Shown: positions 43,952-54,325 of the stretch, one piece after another
Position numbering within the stretch: position 1 is the stretch's first letter
Layout: each line of letters opens with the position of its first letter
Assembly: GCA_963825135.1 (NCBI GenBank)
Contig: CAWGRW010000009.1
Coordinates: 2,091,301-2,155,300 of the forward strand
Source of the DNA: an uncultured bacterium
GTDB taxonomy: Bacteria; Desulfobacterota_D; UBA1144; Nemesobacterales; UBA2774
Reading direction: 5' to 3'
DNA: 64,000 nucleotides
The notes under the pieces: generated by a model
Told to the model about the DNA's origin: nothing
Seen by the model: only the letters and a program-made list of their open reading frames with translations
Databases searched by the model: none
Translations under genes and position numbers: made by a program

Positions 43952-44203
43952 CTAACCGAAGGTGCTGCTGCTCACGGTAGTGTCGATGAGCTTCTCGGCT
44001 TCCTGTATCACCTCTCCCAGTCTCTCTTTGAAGAGGTTGATTCCGCCGAGCGGGATTACGATGCAGGACCTGCCGCCGCTGAGCTCCGTTATTCTGAGAT
44101 ATTTGCCTTTGTGATTTTCTTTCACATCGAAGAAAAAACGCTTCGATTCTATGTCGACATGCTTGCTCGCATGTTCCTTCTCGTCTTTCTCGAGTCTGTC
44201 CAT
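43952..44203 (-). CDS. PUR-like (DUF3276) nucleic-acid-binding protein
   Basis: VDIESKRFFFDVKENHKGKYLRITELSGGRSCIVIPLGGINLFKERL matches the PUR repeat pattern from memory. Confidence 0.55.
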   Translation of the reverse strand: MDRLEKDEKEHASKHVDIESKRFFFDVKENHKGKYLRITELSGGRSCIVIPLGGINLFKERLGEVIQEAEKLIDTTVSSSTFG

Positions 44204-44374
44204 TATCTTTCTACCTCCGCCTCTTTCCCGCTCGTATTATGAAGGGAATTCGATGTTGTGGTGTATTAGGGTAGGAAATAATAACTCTTGGTTTTACAAA
44301 AATCAAGATAATAGTTTAAAATAATTTTGTGTATAATTCCTGAGCGTTATGAGTAGTATAGGGGGTCTCCGAAA

Positions 44375-45424
44375 GTGGGTAAAAACATTAGATTCGGTAT
44401 TACCGCGCCGGTCCCCGGCGAGTCCGTCGAGGGGCTGATCGGGTTCGCGAAAACCGCCGAGGACGCAGGGTTCGACACGCTCTGGTTCCCGGACCACATC
44501 GTATTCATGGCCAATAGAATCACCCCTGAAGTCTGGTCGGTCGTGACGGCCGCGGCCGTGAAGACGGGGAAAATAAAAATGGGCACGGTCGGCGACGCGC
44601 ACAGGATGCACCCCGCGGTATTCGCACACCGCCTCGCGACTGTGGACCGTATTTCGAACGGGAGGATTTTCGTATGTGTCGGGTACGGAGAAAAAATGAA
44701 TCTCGATCCCTACGGCATAGCATGGGACAGGCCTCTCACGCGCGTCGAGGAATCGATAAAAATTATGCGCGCGCTGTGGAGCGGGGGACCCGTGAATTTC
44801 GACGGGCAGATATACAAGCTCAAAGACGCGGAGCTCAGGATAGAGCCGGTCAACGATAAGCGAGTCCCTATTTACGTGGCCGCCACGGGCCCGAGGGCGC
44901 TCAGGTTGGCCGGCAAGTTCGGGGACGGATGGGTGACCAACGCCATGCCCCCGAGGCTCTTCGCGGACAAAGCCCTCGCGGTCGGGGAAGGGGCGCGGGA
45001 CAGGGAGGACGGATCGGCCGGGCCCGAGAAGACGCTCTATATATTCACCTCTATAGCGGGGAGCAAGGACGAGGCCTACAAATCGCTCGAGCCGATCAAG
45101 CACGCGTTGATCTGGCCCGAGCTCCTCACACAGGCCGGATACGACATCGAGATCGACGATGAATACAGGGGGCTCGAATACACGAAAATTATGCCTAACG
45201 ACACCGGGATGCTGAAGCGGTTCAAAGAGATGGGCGATAAATACTATTCGCGGGAAATCGTATTCGATTTCGTCGCCGCGGGCTCGAAGAAGGACGTAAT
45301 AGCGAGGCTCGAAGAATACGCCGATGCGGGGGTCGAGCACTTCATATTAAGGGACTTCAGCGCCAACAGGGAAATGTCGATGGAAATATTGTCCGGGGAA
45401 ATAATCCCGTATTTCAGAAAATAA
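44375..45424 (+). CDS. LLM-class (luciferase-like) flavin/F420-dependent oxidoreductase
   Basis: GTG start. FDTLWFPDH..., GYGEKMNLDPYG, AATGPRALRLAGKFGDGW, ...GVEHFIL. The 345-aa minus-strand ORF opposite is a shadow. Confidence 0.8.
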   Translation: MGKNIRFGITAPVPGESVEGLIGFAKTAEDAGFDTLWFPDHIVFMANRITPEVWSVVTAAAVKTGKIKMGTVGDAHRMHPAVFAHRLATVDRISNGRIFVCVGYGEKMNLDPYGIAWDRPLTRVEESIKIMRALWSGGPVNFDGQIYKLKDAELRIEPVNDKRVPIYVAATGPRALRLAGKFGDGWVTNAMPPRLFADKALAVGEGARDREDGSAGPEKTLYIFTSIAGSKDEAYKSLEPIKHALIWPELLTQAGYDIEIDDEYRGLEYTKIMPNDTGMLKRFKEMGDKYYSREIVFDFVAAGSKKDVIARLEEYADAGVEHFILRDFSANREMSMEILSGEIIPYFRK

Positions 45425-45474
45425 ATTTATCCATGATTTGATAACGGACGCGTGAGTAATGTATCTGGACAGAC

Positions 45475-46026
45475 TCAGTGCCTTATCCTGGAAAGCCGGG
45501 CGGTGAAGCTCTTAAAGAGGTCTCCCTGGTTCTCAGGGCCGAAATAGACCCTCCTCATGTAATCGAGCGCGCCGGAGTAGAATTCGAATTCCCTCGAAAG
45601 CTTGCTGAACATGATGGGATTCCCTTCTCCCCTCTCCAGGTCGAGTCTGGACACCACGAAGTAGGATTTCATCCCCTCGTTCATGTAATAACGGAGGTAA
45701 GAGCCCCTGTTTACGTAGTCCCTGAATATGCCGCTCATGAATAGCGCGAAATCCCCCACGTACTTCCTCATTTCCCTCTCATACGCGGAATCGTTCGCCT
45801 GAATGTTCTTGCTCTCGAGGAGCATATGCACTATCGTGTGTATCTTTTTTCCTTCCGAGTCGGTTATTTTATAAAGGCTCTCGGCGCGGGCGAATTCGGT
45901 GAGCATGTCTATTAAATAGACAGCCGCGTCCCTGTCTTTTTCTTTCCCAAGGTCGAGGAAGCTCATGTTAACGAGGCTCCTGAAGAACGATTTGATGGAA
46001 GCAGAGTTGATTTTACCTGTGGTCAT
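45475..46026 (-). CDS. Hypothetical protein
   Basis: 183-aa intact ORF with ordinary composition. No recognised family. Confidence 0.45.
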   Translation of the reverse strand: MTTGKINSASIKSFFRSLVNMSFLDLGKEKDRDAAVYLIDMLTEFARAESLYKITDSEGKKIHTIVHMLLESKNIQANDSAYEREMRKYVGDFALFMSGIFRDYVNRGSYLRYYMNEGMKSYFVVSRLDLERGEGNPIMFSKLSREFEFYSGALDYMRRVYFGPENQGDLFKSFTARLSRIRH

Positions 46027-46210
46027 CGCGCGTATACCCCCGTTCAGCTTCGTTGAGTATAATACAAATTTAGCAAATGATTCGGCTATATGTCAACTGG
46101 TAATTTGGACAGGCCGGGAGCTAAGAAAAAAAAGATTGCCCGGATGGAGCGTCTTCCCGCAGGATGGGTCTCCGGAATGGCGAAAAAGTGATATTCAAAA
46201 GGACACTCTC

Positions 46211-46663
46211 ATGGCAAGGATAAAGATGGAGTACCCCGGGGACGCGGCATTTTCCGCTGAAATAGAGCTGAGGATAAGCGATATAAACTACGGAGGGCAT
46301 CTGGGGCACGATTCCATTCTGTCCCTCACGCACGAGGCCAGGGTCAGGTTCTTCAGACACTTCGGATTCTCCGAGCTCAATGTGGACGGGCCCGGGATAA
46401 TATTGTCAGACGTCGCGATAGTCTATAAATCGGAGAGCTTCTACGGGGAGACCATGATAGTGGAGGTCGCCGTGTGCGATTTCGTCAAATACGGATGCGA
46501 CCTCGTTTACAGGCTCCGCGAGAAGGAGACGGGCAGGGAGGTCGCGCTCGCCAAGACCGGGATCGTGTTCATGGATTACGCCGAGCGGAAGGTCGTCCCC
46601 ATACCCGGGAAGTTCAAGGCGCTCTTCAAGGAGCAGGGGTATTTCCTGGAGATACAGCCTTAA
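46211..46663 (+). CDS. Hotdog-fold acyl-CoA thioesterase (4HBT/YbgC-like)
   Basis: Start trimmed to MARIKMEY. ISDINYGGHLGHDSILSLTHEARVRFF...VIVYKSESFYGE...VYRL. Confidence 0.7.
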   Translation: MARIKMEYPGDAAFSAEIELRISDINYGGHLGHDSILSLTHEARVRFFRHFGFSELNVDGPGIILSDVAIVYKSESFYGETMIVEVAVCDFVKYGCDLVYRLREKETGREVALAKTGIVFMDYAERKVVPIPGKFKALFKEQGYFLEIQP

Positions 46664-46762
46664 CAGCGGATTGTCGAGTAAACCATTACGAGACGAGCTG
46701 ATCGCAATGCTCGATATGATATGACTCTTCAAGACGGGAATCGGTGAGCGAGGAAAGAGCGA

Positions 46763-46784
46763 GGGGAGGGCGTTTACCCTCCCC
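46763..46784. terminator. GC-rich hairpin between convergent thioesterase and thiolase genes
   Basis: ggggaggg (46763-46770) and ccctcccc (46777-46784) with a 6-nt loop. T-rich sequence follows on the minus strand. Confidence 0.45.
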
Positions 46785-46802
46785 CCGGTTAATTATCCAG
46801 AG

Positions 46803-47999
46803 TTAACTCTTTTCCTTTTCAACTATAATCGCGATACCCATACCGCCTCCGATGCAGAGTGCGGCGAGACCGCGCTTTACTTTCTTTCTCTTTTCCATCT
46901 CGTGAAGGAGCGTGACGAGAATTCTCGTACCTGAAGCGCCGATCGGGTGGCCGAGCGCTATGGCGCCGCCGTTCACGTTGATCTTCTCTTCGGGTATCGG
47001 GAGGTCCCTAAGCACCGCGAGGGACTGCGCCGCGAAGGCCTCGTTCAACTCGAATAGGTCTATGTCGTCGAGAGAGAGCTTGGCCTTGTCAAGAGCCTTC
47101 TGAATCGCCGGAACCGGGCCGATGCCCATGATGGAGGGGTCTACTCCGCCCACGGCGTAGGCAATGATAGACGCAACGGGCTTGAGTCCCAGGTCTTTCG
47201 CCTTCTTCTCCGACGTGACCAGCACGGCCGCGGCGCCGTCGTTGATGCCAGACGCGTTACCCGCGGAAACGGTCCCGCCCACTTTGAACACAGCGCGGAG
47301 ACCCTTCAGGGTTTCAAGGGTCGTATCGCCCTTCGGGTGCTCGTCCCTTTCGAAAGGAATGGGATCGCCTCTCCTCTGGGGGATCATTATCGGCACGATC
47401 TCGTCCTTGAACTTCCCCTCGTCCTGAGCAGCCTTGCACTTCATCTGGCTCTTGTATGCGAATGCGTCCTGCTCGTCTTTTGTAATGTTGTAGGATTCCG
47501 CGAGGTTCTCCGCGGTTACGCCCATGTGGTAGTCGTTGAATATGTCCCAGAGGCCGTCGTACACCATGCCGTCCACGATTTCGTCCTTGGGCATGCCCAT
47601 CCTGTAGCCGTAACGGGCTTTCTGCAGATAGAAGGGGGCGAGGTTCATGTTCTCCGAGCCGCCGGCGATTATCGCCTCGGAGTCCCCGGCCTTGATAGCC
47701 TGCGCGGCGAGCGCAATCGACTGGACGCCTGACCCGCATACCCTGTTGATAGTGAATGCAGGGGTTTCCACGGGCAGTCCCGCCTCTATAGCGATCTGTC
47801 TCGATATATTCATTCCCTGCCCCGCGCTCAGGATGTTCCCCATGATGCAGTCGTCAATTTCCTTGGGATCTACCCCTGTACGGTCCAATATTTCCTTTAC
47901 AACCGCGGCCCCTAACTTTGCCGGACTTATATCTTTCAATGTGCCGCCAAAAGCCCCAATCGCAGTTCTTAGCGGTTCGCTAATTACGACTTTCTGCAT
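46803..47999 (-). CDS. Acetyl-CoA C-acetyltransferase (thiolase II)
   Basis: [12 protein letters not shown] (active Cys), [17 protein letters not shown]-type motif ([18 protein letters not shown]) and CIGGGMG. AGGAGG RBS. Confidence 0.95.
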   Translation of the reverse strand: MQKVVISEPLRTAIGAFGGTLKDISPAKLGAAVVKEILDRTGVDPKEIDDCIMGNILSAGQGMNISRQIAIEAGLPVETPAFTINRVCGSGVQSIALAAQAIKAGDSEAIIAGGSENMNLAPFYLQKARYGYRMGMPKDEIVDGMVYDGLWDIFNDYHMGVTAENLAESYNITKDEQDAFAYKSQMKCKAAQDEGKFKDEIVPIMIPQRRGDPIPFERDEHPKGDTTLETLKGLRAVFKVGGTVSAGNASGINDGAAAVLVTSEKKAKDLGLKPVASIIAYAVGGVDPSIMGIGPVPAIQKALDKAKLSLDDIDLFELNEAFAAQSLAVLRDLPIPEEKINVNGGAIALGHPIGASGTRILVTLLHEMEKRKKVKRGLAALCIGGGMGIAIIVEKEKS

Positions 48000-48168
48000 A
48001 GTTCTAACCTCCTAGATTTTTATTCCCTAATAATGCCGTGAGGGGATTTTACATTAAGGCTTTTTATTTGCAAGTTCGCGGGACCCGGTCTTGACAATGA
48101 TACGGGGTTTGGGTAACCCGTTAGTGATTTTTACCTGATAATCTATATCTATTTGGAGTATAGCATAC

Positions 48169-48606
48169 TTGTCCAAATTAACCGTAGGAGTGATATTTGG
48201 CGGGAGGTCGGTGGAGCATGAGGTATCGCTCCTGTCGGCGAAGTCGATAATCAGGAATTTGGACCCCCGGAAGTACGAGGTGCTCCCTATATTCATCGGG
48301 AAGAGCGGAATCTGGCGAAGGGCTTCCGTCTCTTCATGGCTCGAGGGGGGCGGCCTCGAGATCTCGGGCGACTCGATTCTGTCGCCGTCGCTCAATCCAG
48401 GAAATCACCTATTTTACGAGATATCGGAGCGGGAAGCTCGTTTCCGAGCACAAGGTCGATGTAATATTCCCTGTCCTTCACGGCACGTATGGGGAAGACG
48501 GCGCGGTGCAGGGTATGTTCGAGCTCATGGGGATACCTTATGTCGGCGCCTCGGTGCTGGGTTCTTCCGTGGGTATGGACAAGATAGTGATGAAGGCCCT
48601 GCTTAA
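48169..48606 (+). CDS. ddl: D-alanine--D-alanine ligase, N-terminal fragment (frameshift near 48430-48434)
   Basis: TTG start. MSKLTVGVIFGGRSVEHEVSLLSAKSIIRNLDPRKYEVLPIFI.... The frame becomes Arg-rich nonsense after YEISE. Confidence 0.85.
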   Translation: MSKLTVGVIFGGRSVEHEVSLLSAKSIIRNLDPRKYEVLPIFIGKSGIWRRASVSSWLEGGGLEISGDSILSPSLNPGNHLFYEISEREARFRAQGRCNIPCPSRHVWGRRRGAGYVRAHGDTLCRRLGAGFFRGYGQDSDEGPA

Positions 48607-49288
48607 GGACTCGGGGCTTCCCGTTCCGGAGTATCTGGGTTTTTATAAATCCGACTGGGTATCGGGAAAGAGCGCAGTGAGGTCGGGCATATTGAAAAAG
48701 ATCGGGCTCCCCTGTTTCGTCAAATCGGCGGACCTGGGATCGAGCGTCGGAATTTCCAAGGTATGGAGGGAAGAAGAGCTCGACGGAGCTGTCGATTATT
48801 CCTGCCGTTTTTCAAAAAGGGTAATCGTCGAGCGGGCCGTGAAGAAGCCCAGGGAAATCGAGGTAAGCGTGCTCGGGAACGAATATCCGCGGGCGTCCTG
48901 TCCCGGGGAAATAGTGCCTCACAGGGAATTCTATGACTACACGGCCAAGTATCTCGAAGAGGGGACAGGGCTTATCGCCCCCGCCGGGCTCGACGAGGCG
49001 ATATCGGAAAGGCTGCGGGATTACGCGGTGCGCACGTTCAGGGCTCTTGACTGCTGCGGGATGGGAAGGGTGGATTTCCTCCTCGAGGAAGGGACGGGGG
49101 AAATTTTCGTGAGCGAGATAAACACGATTCCGGGATTCACGCAGATAAGCATGTACCCCCGTCTGTGGGAGGTAAGCGGTATGAGCTACGGCGAGCTTGT
49201 AGACAGTCTTATAGAGCTTGCCCTGGAGAGGCGGAGGCAGGCTGACGCCCTCGAATCCGATTTTTCGGAAATCGGCGGGAAAGAGTAG
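48506..49288 (+). CDS. ddl: D-alanine--D-alanine ligase, C-terminal fragment
   Basis: The frame extends upstream as GKLVSEHKVDVIFPVLHGTYGEDGAVQGMFELMGIPYVG. It continues through the ATP-grasp region to RVDFLLEE..GEIFVSEINTIPGFT. Confidence 0.9.
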   Translation: MQGMFELMGIPYVGASVLGSSVGMDKIVMKALLKDSGLPVPEYLGFYKSDWVSGKSAVRSGILKKIGLPCFVKSADLGSSVGISKVWREEELDGAVDYSCRFSKRVIVERAVKKPREIEVSVLGNEYPRASCPGEIVPHREFYDYTAKYLEEGTGLIAPAGLDEAISERLRDYAVRTFRALDCCGMGRVDFLLEEGTGEIFVSEINTIPGFTQISMYPRLWEVSGMSYGELVDSLIELALERRRQADALESDFSEIGGKE

Positions 49289-49550
49289 CGCCGGGTCGGG
49301 GCGTCCTGCCGTATTGTCCCGGTAACGGTTAAATCCCGGTATCTTCAAGAATAACGTTCATAAAAAAAATCCTTTCACGCCGTGCTATAGTCCCGTATTC
49401 TTTATCTCTCCGGAACCGGGATATCTGATTTCCTTGGGTATATTTTAATGATATGCGAATTCACATTTTGACAATAAACTTTTGTAGCGGCGGGACTCCT
49501 TGACACAAAAACGACATAGCGCCTGTTCAACTATTCCGCGAGGTCCTCTA

Positions 49551-52500
49551 ATGAACAAGATTTTACTAGCTCTGTTGTTGTTCTCATTATTCGGAATCAT
49601 GACTGCATCGGCCGAGCCTGCGGGTGAGGGGACGGGGAAGAAGACATCGCCCGACGCACTCATGCTGCAATTCCCCGACGTGAGCGCCGATAAAATAGTC
49701 TTCGTCTATGCGGGGGACATCTGGGTGGTCCCGAAAGCGGGAGGAACAGCCGTCAGGCTGAGCTCGCCAAAGGGAGGCGAGCTATTCCCCAAATTCTCTC
49801 CGGACGGCAGCGAAATCGCCTTCAGCGGGAACTACGACGGCAATACCGACATCTACGTAATGCCGACCGGGGGCGGCGTGCCCAGGAGGCTCACTCATCA
49901 CCCCGACGACGACCTCGTCGCCGAGTGGTACCCGGACGGGAAAAGCATACTCTACCGCTCTAATATGCTCAGCCCCACGCAGCGATACAACAGGCTCTTC
50001 AGGGTCTCCGCGAACGGGGGCATGCCCGAGGCCCTCCCGCTCCCCTTCGGTGAGCTCGGGAGCTTCAGCCCGGACGGGAAGAAACTCGCTTTCGAATACA
50101 TGGCCCCCATGAGGGGGGTTTGGAAAAGGTATAAGGGGGGCATGGCGAGTGATATCTGGATCTACGATTTTACTTCCGGGTCGCTCGACAAGCTGACAGA
50201 CTTTCCGGGCACGGACGCTCTGCCTATGTGGCACGGGGACAGGATTTATTTCCTTTCCGACAGGGGGAAGGAAAAAAAGTTAAACCTGTGGGTTTACGAG
50301 ACCGATACGAAGAAGACGAGGCAGGTTACCGATTACAGCGAGTTCGACGTAAAATGGCCGAGCCTCGGTCCGCAAGACATAGTGTTTGAGAACGGCGGGA
50401 GGATCTACCTTCTGAGCTTATCCGACGAGAGCGTGAGCGAAGTCCCGGTCGAGGTCCCCTATGACCTGCCCGAGGTGCGTCCCCGCCAGAAAGACCTATC
50501 TGAGTATATCTCCGATATGTCTATTTCCCCGAACGGCAAGAGGGCGCTCTTCGAGGCCCGTGGGGAGGTGCTGACCGTTCCCGCGGGAGAGGGGAGCGTA
50601 CGCAACCTTACGAACACCTCAGGCGTAGCCGAGCGTTTCCCGGCGTGGTCGCCCGACGGAAAGTACGTCGCGTATCTCTCCGACAGGTCGGGCGAGTATG
50701 AGCTTTACATGAGGCCCAGTAACGGCGGGGGGCAGGAGGAGAGGATTACCAGGGACGGAAAAGTCTACCGCTACCACCCCGTGTGGTCGCCCGACAGCAG
50801 GAAGCTCGCGTTCAGCGATAAGACGGGAAGTCTTTTTATCGTGGACACCGGCGAAAAGAGCCCCAGGGAGGTGGATAGGGACGAATACGAGAGCATCGGG
50901 ATTTATTCGTGGTCGCCCGACGGGAGGTGGCTCGCTTACGCGAAGAATAACCCGAACAACCTGAAATCAATATATCTATACGATACGAAAAAAGGCGTCA
51001 CCCGCAGGGTTACAAGTGATTTCTATAACAGCAACGGCCCTGTGTTCGACCCCGAAGGTAAGTACCTGTATTTTTTCTCGGACAGGGGCTTTTCACCTGT
51101 TTACGGGGATATGGACGACACGTGGATATACCCCAACTCGACCCAGGTCTACGCCCTGACCCTGAGGAAAGACACGGCGTCGCCGCTCGCGGCCCGGAAT
51201 GAAGATGAAAACGATTCGGGCGGTACGGCGCAAAAGGACAGCGCCGGTAAGGACGGCGTCGTTGCCATCGACTTCGACGGGATTGAGGAGAGGGCGGTCA
51301 AGATACCGGTCAATGCCGGAAACTTCGGGACATTAAGCGCCGCTAACGGCAGGATCGTATATCTACGGTTCCCTCCCGCCGGCAGCGCAGGGCAGGACTC
51401 CCCCAACGGCACACTACAGTTCTTCGACCTGGGAGACCGGAGGGAGAAGACCGTAATACCACGCATTAACGACTACGCGCTTTCAGCGAACGGCGCGAAA
51501 GCGCTCTACCACTCGGGAGACACTTACGGGATCATTGACCTCGCCGAGGGAAAAAACCCCGGAGACGGGTCGATCGATCTCTCCGGAATGAAGACGTTTA
51601 TCGACCCGAGGAAGGAATGGGCTCAGATATTCAACGACGCCTGGCGCATAGAGAGAGACTTCTTCTATGACCCGGGCATGCACGGGGTCGACTGGGAAGC
51701 AGTGAGGGACAGGTACAAAAAGCTCCTCCCTTACATAGTGGACAGGGAAGACCTCAATTACGTGATAAGCGAAATGGTGGGCGAGCTCAATTCCTCGCAT
51801 ACATACGTGGGCGGGGGCGACATTGACGAGCCCGAATCGGTGCCTGTCGGTCTCCTGGGCATAGATTTCGAGCTCGATAAGAAGAATAACGCCTACAGGA
51901 TAAAGAAAATATACAGCGGCGGAGAATATAACGCCGATCTTTACTCTCCGCTTGCGGAGCCCGGAATAAAGGCGGCTGCTGGGGATTACATACTGGCGGT
52001 AAACGGCAAACCCATCGATACGTCGATCGACCCATGGGCGTCTTTTCAGGGGCTTAGCGGGGACACCGTTACATTATCGGTGAACTCCGCTCCCGATATC
52101 AAAACCGCCAGGGAAATTACGGTTAAAGTGATTTCGGATTCGGACGAGCAGAAGCTCAGGTATCTCGACCGCATACTGGAGAATAAGAAGAAGGTGGAGA
52201 AAGCCACCGGGGGGAGGGCGGGATACGTCTACGTCCCGGATACGGGCGTCCTCGGACAGAACGAGCTCGTGCGTCAGTATAGACCTCAGACGGATAAGGA
52301 AGGGATGATTATAGACGAGAGGTTTAACGGAGGCGGGCAGGTGCCCGACCGTTTTGTAGAGCTCCTCAACAGGCCGCTCCTCAATTACTGGGCGGTGCGG
52401 AATTTCAAAGACTCGAAGACCCCTTCGGTCTCGAATAACGGGCCGAAGGTGATGATGATAAACGGGTGGTCGGGCTCGGGCGGAGACGCCTTTCCCTATT

Positions 52501-52820
52501 ACTTCCGTAAAACGGGACTCGGACCTATAGTCGGCACCAGGACCCTCGGAGGGCTTATCGGCATAAGCGGGAACCCGGGTCTCATAGACGGCGGTTTCAT
52601 TACGGCCCCGGGCTATGCGTTCTGGAACTCCCACGGGAAGTGGGAGATAGAGGGGTACGGTGTGGACCCGGATTACAATGTCGAAGACCTGCCCCCGAAT
52701 ATTAAGGATTCTTACGATCCGCAGCTCGATAAGGCGATCGAGGTTATTACGGATCTGCTTAAAAAGAATCCGCCCCAAAAACCGGTAAGGCCTCAATACG
52801 AGGACAGGTCGGGGGCGTGA
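49551..52820 (+). CDS. Tricorn-protease-like S41 peptidase with TolB-type beta-propellers and PDZ domain
   Basis: Signal peptide. FPDVSADKIVFVYAGDIWVV, repeated SPDG.. propeller blades, and a C-terminal S41 core (DERFNGGG...INGWSGSGGDAFP). Confidence 0.85.
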   Translation: MNKILLALLLFSLFGIMTASAEPAGEGTGKKTSPDALMLQFPDVSADKIVFVYAGDIWVVPKAGGTAVRLSSPKGGELFPKFSPDGSEIAFSGNYDGNTDIYVMPTGGGVPRRLTHHPDDDLVAEWYPDGKSILYRSNMLSPTQRYNRLFRVSANGGMPEALPLPFGELGSFSPDGKKLAFEYMAPMRGVWKRYKGGMASDIWIYDFTSGSLDKLTDFPGTDALPMWHGDRIYFLSDRGKEKKLNLWVYETDTKKTRQVTDYSEFDVKWPSLGPQDIVFENGGRIYLLSLSDESVSEVPVEVPYDLPEVRPRQKDLSEYISDMSISPNGKRALFEARGEVLTVPAGEGSVRNLTNTSGVAERFPAWSPDGKYVAYLSDRSGEYELYMRPSNGGGQEERITRDGKVYRYHPVWSPDSRKLAFSDKTGSLFIVDTGEKSPREVDRDEYESIGIYSWSPDGRWLAYAKNNPNNLKSIYLYDTKKGVTRRVTSDFYNSNGPVFDPEGKYLYFFSDRGFSPVYGDMDDTWIYPNSTQVYALTLRKDTASPLAARNEDENDSGGTAQKDSAGKDGVVAIDFDGIEERAVKIPVNAGNFGTLSAANGRIVYLRFPPAGSAGQDSPNGTLQFFDLGDRREKTVIPRINDYALSANGAKALYHSGDTYGIIDLAEGKNPGDGSIDLSGMKTFIDPRKEWAQIFNDAWRIERDFFYDPGMHGVDWEAVRDRYKKLLPYIVDREDLNYVISEMVGELNSSHTYVGGGDIDEPESVPVGLLGIDFELDKKNNAYRIKKIYSGGEYNADLYSPLAEPGIKAAAGDYILAVNGKPIDTSIDPWASFQGLSGDTVTLSVNSAPDIKTAREITVKVISDSDEQKLRYLDRILENKKKVEKATGGRAGYVYVPDTGVLGQNELVRQYRPQTDKEGMIIDERFNGGGQVPDRFVELLNRPLLNYWAVRNFKDSKTPSVSNNGPKVMMINGWSGSGGDAFPYYFRKTGLGPIVGTRTLGGLIGISGNPGLIDGGFITAPGYAFWNSHGKWEIEGYGVDPDYNVEDLPPNIKDSYDPQLDKAIEVITDLLKKNPPQKPVRPQYEDRSGA

Positions 52821-52830
52821 TAGTTCTGTC

Positions 52831-53259
52831 GTGAAAAAGTTAATCGGCCTTATCACGGTGCTCGCGGGGCTGCCCGGGTTAGCCGGTATTTATCTCCTAT
52901 GGAAGCTCGGGAACCTTCCGCCGGGAGCGGTATTCATCGTCGTAAACGCTATCGTATTCAGGGGCATATGCGGTACGGCGGGAGGGGTTCTTCTATGGAG
53001 CGGAAAGAGATTGGGCAATTACCTCACCGCCCTGTCCTGGTCCTACCTGATAATAGTATCGCTCCTTACGCTCGTGAGTTTATACAATAAGGGTGCCGCC
53101 CATTCGGCGGGCGCGGCGGGTGAGAATTTCGCTGCCGCTCTCGGGAAGCCGGTCGCCTGGTCGCTCGTCAAGCTGCTACTCGGGCTCCCGATCGTGTATC
53201 TGGTGGTAAAGGATATATTTCAGTCAGGAAGACGAGAAAGTAAATACGGTTCTGTTTGA
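52831..53259 (+). CDS. Hypothetical membrane protein
   Basis: GTG start 10 nt after the protease stop. About four hydrophobic helices. Confidence 0.5.
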   Translation: MKKLIGLITVLAGLPGLAGIYLLWKLGNLPPGAVFIVVNAIVFRGICGTAGGVLLWSGKRLGNYLTALSWSYLIIVSLLTLVSLYNKGAAHSAGAAGENFAAALGKPVAWSLVKLLLGLPIVYLVVKDIFQSGRRESKYGSV

Positions 53260-53415
53260 CCTGTTTCGTGATGCTCCGCGAAAATAATCCGAATCCATTC
53301 CCTCGCACCGAGCGTATTAGACTAGAGCGTAATTGTGGCTTTTCCCCGGCCGCCCCTGAGCGTATACTTTTCAGTCCCGGTTCTAATGATTGAAAGGGAA
53401 AGGAGAAAGATCGAA

Positions 53416-53988
53416 ATGACTGATAAAAAACTTGAGAAGGCCACTTTTTCTGGAGGGTGTTTCTGGTGCATGCAGCCCCCGTTCGACAACCTTCAAGGGG
53501 TTATCTCCACCACGGTCGGTTTTACGGGGGGTAAGGAGAAGAACCCGAATTACCACGAAGTCTGCTACGGACGGACAGGGCACCTGGAATCTATCGAGGT
53601 GGTCTACGACCCGGAGCGTATCTCCTACGATGACCTGCTGGATGTATTCTGGCTCAACATAGACCCGACCGACGACGGGGGTCAGTTCGTGGACAGGGGC
53701 GGACACTATAAGACCGCTATCTTTTATCATAACGATGACCAGAAAAAAACGGCCGTGGAGTCGAAGAAGAAGCTCGGGGAGTCCGGGAGGTATAAGGCGC
53801 CGATCATGACGGAAATCAGGCCGGCTATGGAATTCTACCCCGCCGAGGAATACCATCAGAAGTATTACGAGAAAAACCCTATCGGATATTCACATTACAA
53901 GGTCGGCTCCGGCAGGGAAAGGTATATACAGCATATGAAAGAATATGAAATAAATACATCTCCGCCCGCTCCGGTCCGGGGACCGTAA
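53416..53988 (+). CDS. msrA: Peptide-methionine (S)-S-oxide reductase MsrA
   Basis: ATFSGGCFWC active site, GHLESIEV.YDP, and YHQKYY near the C-terminus. AGGAGA RBS before ATG 53416. Confidence 0.9.
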   Translation: MTDKKLEKATFSGGCFWCMQPPFDNLQGVISTTVGFTGGKEKNPNYHEVCYGRTGHLESIEVVYDPERISYDDLLDVFWLNIDPTDDGGQFVDRGGHYKTAIFYHNDDQKKTAVESKKKLGESGRYKAPIMTEIRPAMEFYPAEEYHQKYYEKNPIGYSHYKVGSGRERYIQHMKEYEINTSPPAPVRGP

Positions 53989-54025
53989 AAGAAGGCGCGG
54001 CAAAACACAAAGGAGGAATTGCGAC

Positions 54026-54325
54026 ATGGCTGACGATAAGAGATGGTTCGAGAAGAACGCCCCCAAGATGGCCGAGGGCTGGTGGAGCTTCTATAACGCT
54101 GTCGAGGGGGAGACCGTGCTCGACAAGAAGACGAAGGCGCTGATAGCGGTGTCCGTGGCGGTTCACGGCAGATGCCCCCACTGCACTGAGTCCAGGATAA
54201 AGAAGGCGCTCGCGCTCGGCATCACCAAGCAGGAGATAAGCGAAACGATAATGGAGACGGCCCTTCTTTCCTCGGGGACCGAGATATTCTGGGCCAAGGA
54301 AGTTTACGACAAATACCTGGGATAG
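54026..54325 (+). CDS. Carboxymuconolactone decarboxylase / AhpD-like family protein
   Basis: LDKKTKALIAVSVAVHGRCPHCTESRIKKAL; CxxC in the AhpD-like helix. Confidence 0.75.
   Translation: MADDKRWFEKNAPKMAEGWWSFYNAVEGETVLDKKTKALIAVSVAVHGRCPHCTESRIKKALALGITKQEISETIMETALLSSGTEIFWAKEVYDKYLG

Noticed and set aside
44303-45340. 345-aa minus-strand ORF
   Set aside because: Antisense shadow of the LLM oxidoreductase gene, with Arg/Pro-rich composition and no recognisable motif.
52074-52856. 260-aa minus-strand ORF
   Set aside because: Antisense to the tricorn-like protease C-terminus, with no independent support.
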